Source: Myxococcota bacterium
GTDB taxonomy: Bacteria; Myxococcota; XYA12-FULL-58-9; JALHOP01
DNA: 64,000 bases
Reading direction: 5' to 3'
Assembly: GCA_041288095.1 (NCBI GenBank)
Contig: JBGGMJ010000099.1
Location: forward strand, 1-64,000
How positions within the stretch are numbered: position 1 is the stretch's first letter; the number at the start of each line of letters is the position of its first letter. This document shows positions 43,105 to 53,370 of the stretch, in pieces. The notes under the pieces are model-generated. The model had not been told where the DNA came from, made no database searches, and saw only the letters and a list, made by a program, of their open reading frames with translations. A program made the position numbers and the translations under genes.

Positions 43105-44730
43105 TTACTTCTTGCCGACCATGTCGAGGTTCAAGATCACCACTTCACCAGCGCGAATCTCGATCTCTTTCTTTTGCGTGACGTATTTGGGTGCCGAGAT
43201 CAGGACCTGATAGCGGCCGGATTTGAGCTCGGCATCGAACAGTCCGTCCTTGTCGGAGGTGAGCCGCTTGCCGAGCGCCGGGATGAAGATCTCCCCCTTG
43301 AGCGGCTTGCCGCTGCGTCCGTCCTTGATGCTGCCCTTCATCTGGCCCGTAGCGGCCTCGCCTAGCGACTGCAGCTTGAAGGTGAGCTGGGTGGTTTGAT
43401 CACCGGTGCCCCGTTGAATGGTCTGCTCAGCCGGACGGTAGTTCGGGGCGCTCACCGTCACCTTGATGAGGCCCTCGCCGACCGGGATTGGGAACGAATG
43501 GAACTTGCCGGTCTGGAAATCGACCGCGAGAGGGCTGGTCTCGTAGCCGCCGAGGGTGACGACCGCGGAGCCAACGGGATCGCCGCTCGTCTGGTCGAGC
43601 ACCGCGCCGTCGACGGAGAAGGTCGGCGCCGCGAGCGGCACCTCTTTGGTGACCTCGCGTATGACCTCGCGGGTGATGGTGCAGACGTGGTCCATGCAGG
43701 TTTGACCCTTGCCGCAGTCATCGTTGCCGCTGCACGTATTCTTCTCGGTCACGCTGACGACGTGCTCGCCGCCACCACCGCCCAAGTGCACCGACATGCG
43801 CGCGAAGACCTGCCACGGCGGAATGCCCGGTAGACGCAGCGAATCGTCACGCGGCGCGCCGGACACGCGGATGTCGCCGCCGAGGCTGATGTCGACCACG
43901 TCCTTGCCCGCTGGTTGGATGCGGCCGCCGAGCGTCGCCAGGATGGGGTTCTGCGCCGACGGACCGCCACCTCCGGCGATGCCGGCGGTGAGCTCGGCGA
44001 AAGGCCCGATCGCGGCTCTGTCGCCCACGAGGAAAAAGGTGTCGGCACCGACGCCGACGAGGATCTGGTTGACGGTCGCGACGCTGGCGGTGAAGCGCTG
44101 GGCGCGGCTGATCTCGCGGCTCCCGAAGATCTCGTCCGTGTTGTCGAGACGGTAGCCCGCGTTAGCGGACAGGGCGAGCCACGGCGTCGGCAAGTAGGAG
44201 ACGAGGGCGCGCGCGTCGAGCGCGAAGGCGCTGGGCTTGAGACCGCTGCCGCCTGCCGAGGTCGGAATCAAGAGCACGGTGTCGAGACCAAGACCGAGCT
44301 TGTTGCCCAGCACGTGCGTGAGCTTCACGCCGAAGGTCGGATCGCCGAGGCTCTGGGTCGTGCGTGGCTCGGCTTGGTCATTCTTGTTCGACACCACCGA
44401 CCAGCTGGCGGTGATGGCGATGAGCTCGATGGGCTGCCAGGCGAGGGTGAACTGGCCGCTGCTGTAGGTGTTGCTGTCGCCGTCGGCGAGGAAGTCACTG
44501 CTGTGAAAGTACCGACCCCCGGCGGTCAGGACCCAGGTGCCGCCGGGCATGGGCACGGCTGCTTCGACGCGATTCACGCCGCGCGTACCACGAGCGCCGG
44601 AGCCGGCCGGCCATTTCCGGCCCGAGTAGGGCGTGCTGTCTGTTGTCGGTAATGAGGTCGAGACCGTCGACTGCGCCTGCGCCATCCCCGAAGTGGCAAA
44701 GATGGCCACCACGACGACCCATTTGAACAT
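43105..44730 (-). CDS. Outer-membrane beta-barrel protein with two carboxypeptidase-regulatory-like (PEGA-like) C-terminal domains
   Basis: Signal peptide AQA; amphipathic strands; small Cys cluster CSGNDDCGKGQTCMDHVC; GRYQVLISAPKY. Confidence 0.75.
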   Translation of the reverse strand: MFKWVVVVAIFATSGMAQAQSTVSTSLPTTDSTPYSGRKWPAGSGARGTRGVNRVEAAVPMPGGTWVLTAGGRYFHSSDFLADGDSNTYSSGQFTLAWQPIELIAITASWSVVSNKNDQAEPRTTQSLGDPTFGVKLTHVLGNKLGLGLDTVLLIPTSAGGSGLKPSAFALDARALVSYLPTPWLALSANAGYRLDNTDEIFGSREISRAQRFTASVATVNQILVGVGADTFFLVGDRAAIGPFAELTAGIAGGGGPSAQNPILATLGGRIQPAGKDVVDISLGGDIRVSGAPRDDSLRLPGIPPWQVFARMSVHLGGGGGEHVVSVTEKNTCSGNDDCGKGQTCMDHVCTITREVIREVTKEVPLAAPTFSVDGAVLDQTSGDPVGSAVVTLGGYETSPLAVDFQTGKFHSFPIPVGEGLIKVTVSAPNYRPAEQTIQRGTGDQTTQLTFKLQSLGEAATGQMKGSIKDGRSGKPLKGEIFIPALGKRLTSDKDGLFDAELKSGRYQVLISAPKYVTQKKEIEIRAGEVVILNLDMVGKK

Positions 44731-44788
44731 GCGAGGCAGTATAGACGAAGGTCGGCCCGGACGCTCAAAACCCTGCGAAAAGGTTTGC

Positions 44789-45502
44789 CTACGGCTGGGC
44801 CAGGTATCGCGTGAGACCCAGGTCGTCGAGCCTTTCCGGAGCGTAAGCGAGCAACACGAGGTCTTTGATGCGCTCGTTGTAGGCAGCGACAGCCGCGACT
44901 TTCATCGCCGTCACCTTGGCGCCGGCGTCTGGACGGATCCAGAAGGAGCGGCAGCGCGGGCTATACGTGATCTCGTCGCTCTCGATGTCGAGCGCGTAGG
45001 GGAACCGGGCACACGAGGTCGGCCAGTGGGGATAGAGCGTGCACTTACCTTCGTCGCTCAAAGCCTTGCAGGCGCCAAACGAGTTTTGCACGAGCACTGG
45101 AAAACGCCGCCAGGCTTCACTCGCGACGGTGCGCGCTAGCGCCGGCTTCTCCGCTAGAGTGGTGGCGCTGAACACCGGCTTGGTGGTGGTCATGAGGTCT
45201 TCGCGGCCGATGTCCACGAGCGTCGCGATGTCGCGAAAGCGGAGGGACACGGTTTGCTCGTGACCGATGCAACAGAGCTCGGTGCACGCCGAGCAATCGT
45301 TGACCTTGCCTTCCGGGACGATGCTCGTGAGCTGCTCCGGCCGGACCATGGCGAGGCGCATGCGGGCGCGCAGTCGCAGGTAGAGGAAGAATCGTCCCCC
45401 GGCCCAGAGCGGTCGGGCGGCGACCTCGTCCCACAGGCGTTCGAGCGCCGCCACCGTCGGTAACGGCTTCGCGCGTTCGTCGACAATGGGTAGACGCGAC
45501 AT
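44789..45502 (-). CDS. YkgJ/UPF0153-like cysteine-cluster protein
   Basis: CSACTELCC ... CKAL...GKCTLYPHWPTSCARFP. Confidence 0.85.
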   Translation of the reverse strand: MSRLPIVDERAKPLPTVAALERLWDEVAARPLWAGGRFFLYLRLRARMRLAMVRPEQLTSIVPEGKVNDCSACTELCCIGHEQTVSLRFRDIATLVDIGREDLMTTTKPVFSATTLAEKPALARTVASEAWRRFPVLVQNSFGACKALSDEGKCTLYPHWPTSCARFPYALDIESDEITYSPRCRSFWIRPDAGAKVTAMKVAAVAAYNERIKDLVLLAYAPERLDDLGLTRYLAQP

Positions 45503-45529
45503 TGCCCCGCTGTGATAAGCGAGCGGCGC

Positions 45530-47161
45530 ATGAATCGCCATCACCGACGCCTCGTTGCCTCGTTTGCGCTCTTTCTCGCGAGCTGTCGCGGCTGCCAGAA
45601 GGACACCGGGAGCCTCGTCGACCTCGCGGCGCCCGACGCGCGGGCCGTCGTCATGGTGCCGAGCCTCACCACCCTCGCGAAGAACCTCGGAGCCTTCACC
45701 AGCGCCGCCACCAAGCGCGCCGGGAAAGAGGCCCTCGACGGCGCCCGACGGAGCCTCGTCGAGCAGCTCGGCTTCGATCCGTTCACGCCCAAGGGCTTCA
45801 AAGCGAGCGGTGTCGACCCCGATCGCGGCATCGTCATGTTCACCGAGGGTAACGCTGCCCAGGCGATTCTCGCGGTGCACGTCGACGACCGAGCCGCCTT
45901 CGGTAACTGGCTGAAGGGCATGGCGCAGCGGGCCGGCGCCAGCAAGGTCACCAGCGAAACGCGTGACGGCGTGACGTTCGATCTTGCTTCGCGGCCGTTC
46001 GGCACCGAGAGCGCGCCGACCCTGGCTTGGGGCTTCGTCGGCGACGACGCTTTGATCGCGTCGGCGGACGCTATCGACTCCTTCGTCGTCGCCATGAAGC
46101 GGCTCGGCACGCGGCAGTCGGGCGCGGCGGTGGCTTCGACGCCGCTCACGAAGGATCCCACCTATCTCGCGCTCTCGAGCAAGGTAGAAGGCGGGGATGT
46201 CCGCGTCTTCGCGCGCGGCGCGCCGCCGGTGGACGGTGAGAAGGCGCAAAGCGCCGGCATCGTCGCGAGCCTCTCGCTCGGCGGCACCGGGCTGCGCCTC
46301 GATAGCTTCGTCGATTTCAAGGTCGAAGGCCTCGCGGCGGCGCTCGATGGTGAGCCGCCGCTCCCGCTCGGCAAGCGTGTCGAAGACGATGCCGTCGCGG
46401 TCGCCCTCACCCGGATTGCCAAGCCAGAGGGCATCGCGGCGTTGCGCGGCAGTCCCTTGACCAAGGACGGCGTCGAGCAGGCGCTCGACAGGTTCAAGCG
46501 CGCGACGCAGCTCGACCTCGAGAACGATCTGATGAAGGTGCTCGCCGGCCCGCTGACCGTCGGCGTCCATGTCATGGATTTGAACGACCTGCCGCAGGCC
46601 CTCGCCAGGCGCCTGGGCATGAACGCGGTCCTCGAATTCGTGCACGTCACCATCAGCGCCGAGGTGAAGGACCGCGAGGCCCTCATCACCCTGCTCGATC
46701 GCTCGAAGGGTCAGCTCGAGGAGCAGGGCAATAAGGTGAACAAGCGCAGCGCCACCATTGGCGGCAAGGAGGCCGTGATCTACGAGCCTTCCGGCGACCG
46801 TCCGAGCATTGGCTGGGGCGTCATCGACAACTTCTACGTGTACGGCGCCGGCCGCGGCCGCATCGAACGGGCGATGGCGCAGGTGCTGCCGCAAGCGCCG
46901 GGCGGTGTCGCGCCCAAGCTCACGAGCGGTGTCGCGAACGAGCTCGGTCAAGCGCGCGGTTCGTTCTTGGTTGTCGTACGCGCGGCCGCTTTGGCGGACA
47001 ACGTCGCGAAGCTCCAGAAGTCGCAGGACGCCGTGGTCATGGCGGTGATGCCGATGGTCTCTCAAGGCATCGAGGTCTTGCGCACCATCGGTGACGTCGC
47101 GGTGGCCGCCAAGGTCGAGAAGGACGGCGTGCGTATCGAAGCTCGGCAGAAGCTGCAGTGA
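45530..47161 (+). CDS. Predicted lipoprotein (DUF3352-like) associated with the ABC exporter
   Basis: FLASC lipobox; GVDPDRG motif; 4-nt overlap with the ATPase gene. Confidence 0.75.
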   Translation: MNRHHRRLVASFALFLASCRGCQKDTGSLVDLAAPDARAVVMVPSLTTLAKNLGAFTSAATKRAGKEALDGARRSLVEQLGFDPFTPKGFKASGVDPDRGIVMFTEGNAAQAILAVHVDDRAAFGNWLKGMAQRAGASKVTSETRDGVTFDLASRPFGTESAPTLAWGFVGDDALIASADAIDSFVVAMKRLGTRQSGAAVASTPLTKDPTYLALSSKVEGGDVRVFARGAPPVDGEKAQSAGIVASLSLGGTGLRLDSFVDFKVEGLAAALDGEPPLPLGKRVEDDAVAVALTRIAKPEGIAALRGSPLTKDGVEQALDRFKRATQLDLENDLMKVLAGPLTVGVHVMDLNDLPQALARRLGMNAVLEFVHVTISAEVKDREALITLLDRSKGQLEEQGNKVNKRSATIGGKEAVIYEPSGDRPSIGWGVIDNFYVYGAGRGRIERAMAQVLPQAPGGVAPKLTSGVANELGQARGSFLVVVRAAALADNVAKLQKSQDAVVMAVMPMVSQGIEVLRTIGDVAVAAKVEKDGVRIEARQKLQ

Positions 47162-47817
47162 CCCTGCTAGCGGCCAGCAACATCATCAAGGAGGTGCGCG
47201 ACGGCGAACGTACCGCGCGCATCCTCGACGGCGTATCCTTGGAGCTCGCCGCGGGCGAGCGGGTGGCGCTGGTCGGACCGTCGGGCTCGGGCAAGAGCAC
47301 TCTCCTGCACATTCTGGGCGCGCTCGACGGCGACTATAAAGGTGAGGTCCGGCTCGCCGGTACGCCGCTCGAAGGCCTGTCCGATCGCGCCCGCTCGCGC
47401 CTGCGCGGCCGCGACGTCGGTTTCGTCTTCCAGGCCTACAACCTGGTGGCGCGCGCGACGGTCGCCGAAAACGTGGCGTTGCCTTCGCGCTTCAACGGAT
47501 CGCATGTGTCCGTCGAGGCGGTGCGCGAAGTGATCGACCGCGTCGGCTTGTCCGGCAAAGCGGACAGGAGACCGCATCAGCTCTCCGGCGGCGAACGCCA
47601 GCGCGTCGCCATTGCTCGCGCCTTGGTGCAAAAGCCCAAGGTCGTGCTCTGCGACGAGCCCACCGGCAACCTCGACGCCGAAACCGGCGACAAGATTCTC
47701 GAGCTCTTCGACACGCTGACAGCCGCGGGCGTGGGGTTGCTCATCGCCACCCACGACCGCGCCATCGCCGACAGCTCGCGCCGCGAGCTCAAGCTCAAGG
47801 ACGGTAAGCTGTCATGA
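47158..47817 (+). CDS. ABC transporter ATP-binding protein (LolD/MacB type)
   Basis: GPSGSGKS, LSGGERQRVAIARA, DEPTGNLD and THD. Confidence 0.95.
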   Translation: MTLLAASNIIKEVRDGERTARILDGVSLELAAGERVALVGPSGSGKSTLLHILGALDGDYKGEVRLAGTPLEGLSDRARSRLRGRDVGFVFQAYNLVARATVAENVALPSRFNGSHVSVEAVREVIDRVGLSGKADRRPHQLSGGERQRVAIARALVQKPKVVLCDEPTGNLDAETGDKILELFDTLTAAGVGLLIATHDRAIADSSRRELKLKDGKLS

Positions 47818-49097
47818 AGGTCGGTGAGATGGTCGGCATGGCCGCGGCGGATGCTTGGGCGGCCCGGGCGCGCTCCCTGGTGTCCCTCGCCGGTATCGCG
47901 CTGGGCGTCGCTGTGCTCGTGGTCATCGTGGCACTGGGCCTCGGCGTGCGCGGCGCGGTGCTCGACGAGGTCGTGCAGCGCTTGCCGCTCGACACCATCG
48001 AGGTGGTGCCGAAGAGCGTGAACCTCGGCCTCATCAAGCTGGGCGGTGGCAGCATTCTCGGCGGCCGCGTCATCGATGACGGTACCGTGGCGTCGCTCGG
48101 GGCTATTCCAGACGTTTCCGCCGTCTACCCCAAGCTCGAGGTCAAGCTGCCGCTCGGCGCGCGTGGCGGCGAGAGCCTGCTCGGCAAGAGCCTTTACGCC
48201 GATCTCTTCGTCAACGGTCTGCCGGAAGAGCTGGTCCGCGCGGAAGTCGGCGACGCTTTCGCGGACAGCACCGACTTCTTGCCGGTGGTCATCTCGTCGC
48301 AGCTGCTCGAGCTCTACAACAGCTCGGTGGCGAGCACCCTCGGCACTCCTCAGCTCACGCCGCAGACCCTCATCGGTATCGAGTTCGACGTCTGGATTGG
48401 CCGCTCGCTCATCTTGGGGCAGCAGGGCGCGCGCACCACCGGCCGCGAGCGCGCCCGCGTCGTCGGGGTGTCGCGCCACGCCGTCAAGCTCGGTGCTTCA
48501 TTGCCGATGGCGACCGCGCGCAGGCTCATCGCCAAATACGGCGAGGGCAACACGTCGACCTACGGCTCGGTGATCTTGAAGGCCCACTCGGCGGCCGACG
48601 TGCCGGCGATTACCCGTGCCGTGCGCGCCCAGGGCCTCGACGTCGACCAGACGGCGCAGCAAGCGTCCGACCTGATGAGCGGCGCCACCGCGCTGGCGTC
48701 GCTGGTCGGCGTGCTCGTGCTGGTGCTCGCGGCGCTCAACATCGCCCATAGCTTCGTCGCCATGCTCGCCGAGCGCCGGCGTGAACTGGGCATCCTACGC
48801 GCCGTCGGAGCATCGCGCGGTGATATCCTCGGCGTGGTCCTCCTACAGGCGTCTTTCCTGGGCGCGGCTGGCGGCGTGCTCGGCGTCGCCGCGGCCTGGC
48901 TCGTGTGTACTATCGCGGATGCGTCGGCCAGTGTCTTGCTGCCGGACTTTCCTTTCAAGCCGAAAAGTTTTTTCGCGCTACCTTCGTGGCTTGCTTTGGC
49001 GGCCCTTCTGGCCGCAGTGTTGGCCGCCTGCCTCGGCGCAGCTTGGCCGGCGATTCGCACGGCGCGTCTGCGCGTTACCGACGCTTTAGCGGACTAA
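47814..49097 (+). CDS. ABC transporter permease (FtsX/MacB type)
   Basis: GIALGVAV N-terminal TM; ERRRELGILRAVGA; PAIRTAR. Confidence 0.92.
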   Translation: MKVGEMVGMAAADAWAARARSLVSLAGIALGVAVLVVIVALGLGVRGAVLDEVVQRLPLDTIEVVPKSVNLGLIKLGGGSILGGRVIDDGTVASLGAIPDVSAVYPKLEVKLPLGARGGESLLGKSLYADLFVNGLPEELVRAEVGDAFADSTDFLPVVISSQLLELYNSSVASTLGTPQLTPQTLIGIEFDVWIGRSLILGQQGARTTGRERARVVGVSRHAVKLGASLPMATARRLIAKYGEGNTSTYGSVILKAHSAADVPAITRAVRAQGLDVDQTAQQASDLMSGATALASLVGVLVLVLAALNIAHSFVAMLAERRRELGILRAVGASRGDILGVVLLQASFLGAAGGVLGVAAAWLVCTIADASASVLLPDFPFKPKSFFALPSWLALAALLAAVLAACLGAAWPAIRTARLRVTDALAD

Positions 49098-49122
49098 AGT
49101 CCGCCGGCGGCATTAGGGTTTC

Positions 49123-50811
49123 ATGACGTTCAAAGAACTCGGCTTGGGCGATGCTCTTCTGGCGGCGCTCGACGCCGTTGGCTACGAGTCCCCCTCTCCG
49201 ATTCAAGCGGCGACCATCCCGCCGCTGCTCGAGGGCAAGGATCTCGTCGGTCAGGCCCAGACCGGCACCGGCAAGACGGCGGCGTTCGCGCTGCCGATCT
49301 TGCAGCGTGTGCGCCTCGAGGAGCGACGACCGCAAGCGCTCGTCATCACGCCGACGCGCGAGCTCGCCGTGCAAGTCGCCGAGGCTTTCAAGAAGTACGC
49401 GAGCAAGCTGCCCGGCTTTCACGTCATGCCGATCTACGGTGGCCAGAGCTACTCGCTGCAGCTCTCGGCCCTGCGCCGTGGTGTCCACGTCGTCGTCGGC
49501 ACGCCCGGCCGCCTCATCGATCACATCGAGCGCGGTGTCCTCGATCTGTCGCGCCTGACGACGCTCGTCCTCGACGAAGCCGACGAGATGTTGCGCATGG
49601 GCTTCATCGACGACGTCGAGACCATCCTCAAGCGCACGCCGGAGTCGCGCCAGACGGCGCTGTTCTCGGCCACCATGCCGCCGCCGATCCGCCGCATCGC
49701 CCAGACCTATCTGCGCGATCCCGTCGAGATCACCATCAAGAGCAAGACGAGCACGGCCACCAACATCCGCCAGCGTTACTGGTTGGTGAGCGGCGCGCAC
49801 AAGCTCGATGCGCTCACCCGCATTCTCGAGGCAGAGACCATCGAAGGCGTGCTCATCTTCACCCGCACGAAGGCGGCGACGGAAGACCTCGCGGGTCGAC
49901 TCTCGGCGCGCGGGTTCGAGGCGAGCCCTTTGAACGGCGATATGGATCAACGGGCGCGCGAGCGCGTCGTTGCGCGGCTCAAGGCCGGCGACCTCGATAT
50001 CGTCATCGCCACCGACGTCGCCGCGCGCGGTCTCGACGTCGAGCGCGTCAGCCACGTCGTGAACTTCGACATCCCCACCGACGCGGAGAGCTACATTCAC
50101 CGCATCGGCCGCACCGGCCGCGCCGGCCGGAGCGGCGAAGCCATCCTCTTCGTGTCGCCGCGCGAACGCCATCTCTTGCGTGCCATCGAGCGCGCCACCC
50201 GGCAGCCGGTGACACCGATGGAGCTACCCACCGTCGCCGACGTCAACGATGCGCGGGTGCAACGCTTCCGCGACCGCATCGACGAGGCGTTGACCGCGCC
50301 GGACCTCGGGGTGTTCCGTGAGCAGATCGAGAGCTATGAGCGCGAGCGCAACGTGCCAGCGATCGAGATCGCGGCCGCGTTGGCACGGGTCGCGCACGGC
50401 GACGCGCCCTTCTTCTTGCAAGCACAAGACTACAAGCGGGCGGAGCTACCGCCCGATGGACCGCGTCGCGAGCCGCGCCAGCGTCAAGAAGATCCGCCGA
50501 TGGATACCTTTCGCCTCGAGATTGGCGCGGCCCACGGTGTCACCGCGAGCAACATCGTCGGGGCCGTCGCCAACGAGCTGCGTGTCCGCTCCGAATTCAT
50601 CGGTAAGATCCGCATCAACGAGGACCACAGCTTCATCGATTTACCCACGGGCATGCCCGAGCGGGTCTTCACCAAGCTCGGTCAGATCCGCGTGAACGGC
50701 CGGGAGCTGCGTGCGAGCATCCTCGGTGGGCCAAGCCCGGCGCCCGCCAAGGCTCCGCGGCCCCCCCAGGGCAAAGGCCCGCCGCGACCGCAGCGTCGCA
50801 AGGGAAAATAA
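49123..50811 (+). CDS. deaD: DEAD-box RNA helicase DeaD/CsdA
   Basis: AQTGTGKT, PTRELA, DEADEM, SAT and HRIGRTGRAG; C-terminal DbpA-type RNA-binding domain (NIVGAVANE). Confidence 0.95.
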   Translation: MTFKELGLGDALLAALDAVGYESPSPIQAATIPPLLEGKDLVGQAQTGTGKTAAFALPILQRVRLEERRPQALVITPTRELAVQVAEAFKKYASKLPGFHVMPIYGGQSYSLQLSALRRGVHVVVGTPGRLIDHIERGVLDLSRLTTLVLDEADEMLRMGFIDDVETILKRTPESRQTALFSATMPPPIRRIAQTYLRDPVEITIKSKTSTATNIRQRYWLVSGAHKLDALTRILEAETIEGVLIFTRTKAATEDLAGRLSARGFEASPLNGDMDQRARERVVARLKAGDLDIVIATDVAARGLDVERVSHVVNFDIPTDAESYIHRIGRTGRAGRSGEAILFVSPRERHLLRAIERATRQPVTPMELPTVADVNDARVQRFRDRIDEALTAPDLGVFREQIESYERERNVPAIEIAAALARVAHGDAPFFLQAQDYKRAELPPDGPRREPRQRQEDPPMDTFRLEIGAAHGVTASNIVGAVANELRVRSEFIGKIRINEDHSFIDLPTGMPERVFTKLGQIRVNGRELRASILGGPSPAPAKAPRPPQGKGPPRPQRRKGK

Positions 50812-50828
50812 GCTAGAGTACCCGCCAG

Positions 50829-52526
50829 ATGGCCGTCGAACGAAGCAGCCCCAAGCGGCGCCCGGTTTCAGCATCAGGAACGCCGGAGCGCTCGCCGCGC
50901 GCCGAGAGCGCGAAAGGCTCCAAGGCACAGCGTGGCGATGCGAAGAAGCGCGCGCCCGACCTGCCGCCGCGCGTCGACTCCGAAGCGGTCCGCGTCGACG
51001 GCCTCGCCGCCGCCAAAGCGAATGCCTATGCCTTCGATCTCCTCGCTGCTTCGGTCGCCCGCGCCGTGGTCAAGGCCCAGGACATCACGCTGCCCAAGCC
51101 CCTGGCGGCGTTCCACCAGGCGTTGACCGACGTGCCGGTCACCATCGTCCTGAAGCGCGGCGACGACAGTCTGCGCGGTTGCCTCCCCAAGGACCGCACC
51201 GAGCGCAAGACCGTCGACACCTTCCTCGACCTCTTGCCCATGCACGTTCGCGCCATGGGCTCTTCGCGTTTTTGTGACGAGCTGCGCGCGAAGCTCACGC
51301 AAATGCTCGAAGGGCCGCGCGTGCTCGATGATCTGTGGCTCGGCACCAACGAAGGTGTTTACGAGCTCGCGGTGATGCGCGTCTCGCCCGGCGGCCAAGC
51401 GGCGCGCGCCGACGAAGCCAAGCACGCTCTCGCCGAGGCTTTCCGCGGCGGCCCCCCGGCCGAGCCCGGCAGGCTCACCCAGGACGTCTTGCTGCGTCCG
51501 TACGCTGAAGCGGACCAGGCGGTCATCTACGGCATCTTGCGCGCCCTAGGGCCCATGGGCCTCGTCGCCAAGCCGGACATCAGCGCCGCAACCGGCTTGA
51601 GCAGCGGCGAGCTCGAGGCGCTCGCCGCCGGGCAATCCATCACCACGGAAGTGCCGCGCGAGCGTGTCGTCACCGGCATGCTGCGCGCCCTGATGGCCCA
51701 GCCCAAAGCGGCGCTCGCGCAGTGGCGCCGGTACATTCCCGCGACCGAGGCGGAAGTGAAGTCGCTGATGCGACGTCTCAGCCCACCGGCCAGCGCGAAC
51801 GATGCCGCTGCAGCGGACAAGCCGCGTGCCCATGTTCCGTGGCCGGTCGCGCCGATGTTCGCGCGGGTCCTCGATGGTCTGCCGCGCGCCGATCAGGAGC
51901 TGGTCATGGGCATCGTGTTCGCGCGGTTGCGGACCGGTGACTACCCGACCTGCAAGGACGTCATCGGCGTCTCGGCGGAAGAGCTCGACGCCATGATCAC
52001 GGGCGGCGGTTACGCGAGTCCCATGCCGCCGTTCCAAATCCTCGACAAGATCTTCTCCATGTTCGGCAAGAGCAACGATCTCCCCGAGCAATGGTTCGAC
52101 TACGTCGCTCTCGATCGCAACGGAGCACGCGAGCTTTGGCGACGCGTCTCCGAGCATCAATGGTCCCGCGTCAGCAGGAGCGGAAGGGCTCCCGGCCCAT
52201 CTGGCACGTACGTCATCGACGGCAAGACGCTGCTCGACTCGGTACCGGCGCGCGATCGTGCGCTCGTGAACGAGTGCCTCAACGCGTTGATGGTCAACGC
52301 TTTCGCGAACGCCGACACCATCAAGTCGATGACCGCAATGAAGCGCGACGACTTGCGGGGCGTCCTCGCCGGCGGCACCGCCAAGGCGAGTATCCCAGGC
52401 AAGGAGCTCATCGCTCTGGCTCTGCGCTACGTTGCGTCGACCGAGATCGAGCCCGCTCTGTGGTTCACCACGATGACCTTCTCGCGTGAAGACGTCGTCG
52501 CGGCGGGTAAGCGTTACTCTCCGTGA
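50829..52526 (+). CDS. Hypothetical protein with a disordered leader and three roughly 100-aa C-terminal helical repeats
   Basis: Repeats begin LLRPYAEADQ, VLDGLPRADQ and LLDSVPARDR, each with a conserved late Trp. Confidence 0.78.
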   Translation: MAVERSSPKRRPVSASGTPERSPRAESAKGSKAQRGDAKKRAPDLPPRVDSEAVRVDGLAAAKANAYAFDLLAASVARAVVKAQDITLPKPLAAFHQALTDVPVTIVLKRGDDSLRGCLPKDRTERKTVDTFLDLLPMHVRAMGSSRFCDELRAKLTQMLEGPRVLDDLWLGTNEGVYELAVMRVSPGGQAARADEAKHALAEAFRGGPPAEPGRLTQDVLLRPYAEADQAVIYGILRALGPMGLVAKPDISAATGLSSGELEALAAGQSITTEVPRERVVTGMLRALMAQPKAALAQWRRYIPATEAEVKSLMRRLSPPASANDAAAADKPRAHVPWPVAPMFARVLDGLPRADQELVMGIVFARLRTGDYPTCKDVIGVSAEELDAMITGGGYASPMPPFQILDKIFSMFGKSNDLPEQWFDYVALDRNGARELWRRVSEHQWSRVSRSGRAPGPSGTYVIDGKTLLDSVPARDRALVNECLNALMVNAFANADTIKSMTAMKRDDLRGVLAGGTAKASIPGKELIALALRYVASTEIEPALWFTTMTFSREDVVAAGKRYSP

Positions 52527-53272
52527 CGACCCGCGCCTCCGCTGAAGCGGGCGGCGCCACTCAGGGTCTCGCCGCTCGCGATGGTCTGCATGCCGAGCTC
52601 GGTCTCCCGGCGCAACGCGGCTTCGAAGCTCGAGCTCTGTTGTTCGTAGAGTGATCGGCGATCCGAGCGCAGACAGTTCTGCGGCAACGCCGCGAGCTCG
52701 GCGGCGAGCTCCTCGGCGGCGGCTCGCGACTCGCCGCGCGCGACGACACGGCTGGCAAGACCGATGGCCAAAGCCTCGCGGGCATCGACCGGGCGCCCGG
52801 TGAGCACGAGCTCCATGGCGCGACCGAAGCCGATGAGGCGGGGCAAGCGCACGGTGCCGCCGTCGATGAGCGGCACGCCCCAGCGCCGGCAGAAGACACC
52901 GAAGGTCGCGTCCTCTTCGACCACGCGCAGATCACACCAGAGCGCGAGCTCGAGGCCGCCGGCGACGGCGTAGCCCGCGACCGCGGCGATGACCGGCTTC
53001 GACAGCAGCATGCGTGTCGGCCCGAGCGGACCGTTGCCGCCTTCGGCGACACGGTTCCCCTGACCCTTGGCCAACGCTTTCAGATCCGCGCCCGAGCAAA
53101 AATTGCCGCCTTCGCCCCAGAGCACCGCGACATGCGCGCCCGCATCGGCTTCGAAGGCAGCGAACGCCGCTGCCAGCGCGTCAGCCGTCGCCGCGTCGAC
53201 GGCGTTTCGCACGTCGGGACGGGAGAGCACGATGGTCGTGACCGGGCCGTTCTTGTGGCTAGCGACGCTCAT
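52514..53272 (-). CDS. Enoyl-CoA hydratase/isomerase (crotonase family)
   Basis: FCSGADL, KPVIAAVAGYAVAGGLELALWCD and WGVPLIDGGT. Confidence 0.94.
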   Translation of the reverse strand: MSVASHKNGPVTTIVLSRPDVRNAVDAATADALAAAFAAFEADAGAHVAVLWGEGGNFCSGADLKALAKGQGNRVAEGGNGPLGPTRMLLSKPVIAAVAGYAVAGGLELALWCDLRVVEEDATFGVFCRRWGVPLIDGGTVRLPRLIGFGRAMELVLTGRPVDAREALAIGLASRVVARGESRAAAEELAAELAALPQNCLRSDRRSLYEQQSSSFEAALRRETELGMQTIASGETLSGAARFSGGAGRHGE

Positions 53273-53370
53273 GCGCGCACGCTAACGAAAAGCGTTCCCA
53301 AAGTCTCCCGCTGGAACGACCAACGGTCGCCGGGCTATGACGCTTAACGGCGTTTCACGAAGGGTCACAC

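Noticed and set aside
49089..49104. Palindrome GCGGACTAAAGTCCGC over the permease stop codon
   Set aside because: It resembles short REP-type palindromes but is a single 16-nt copy in the window, too little to call.
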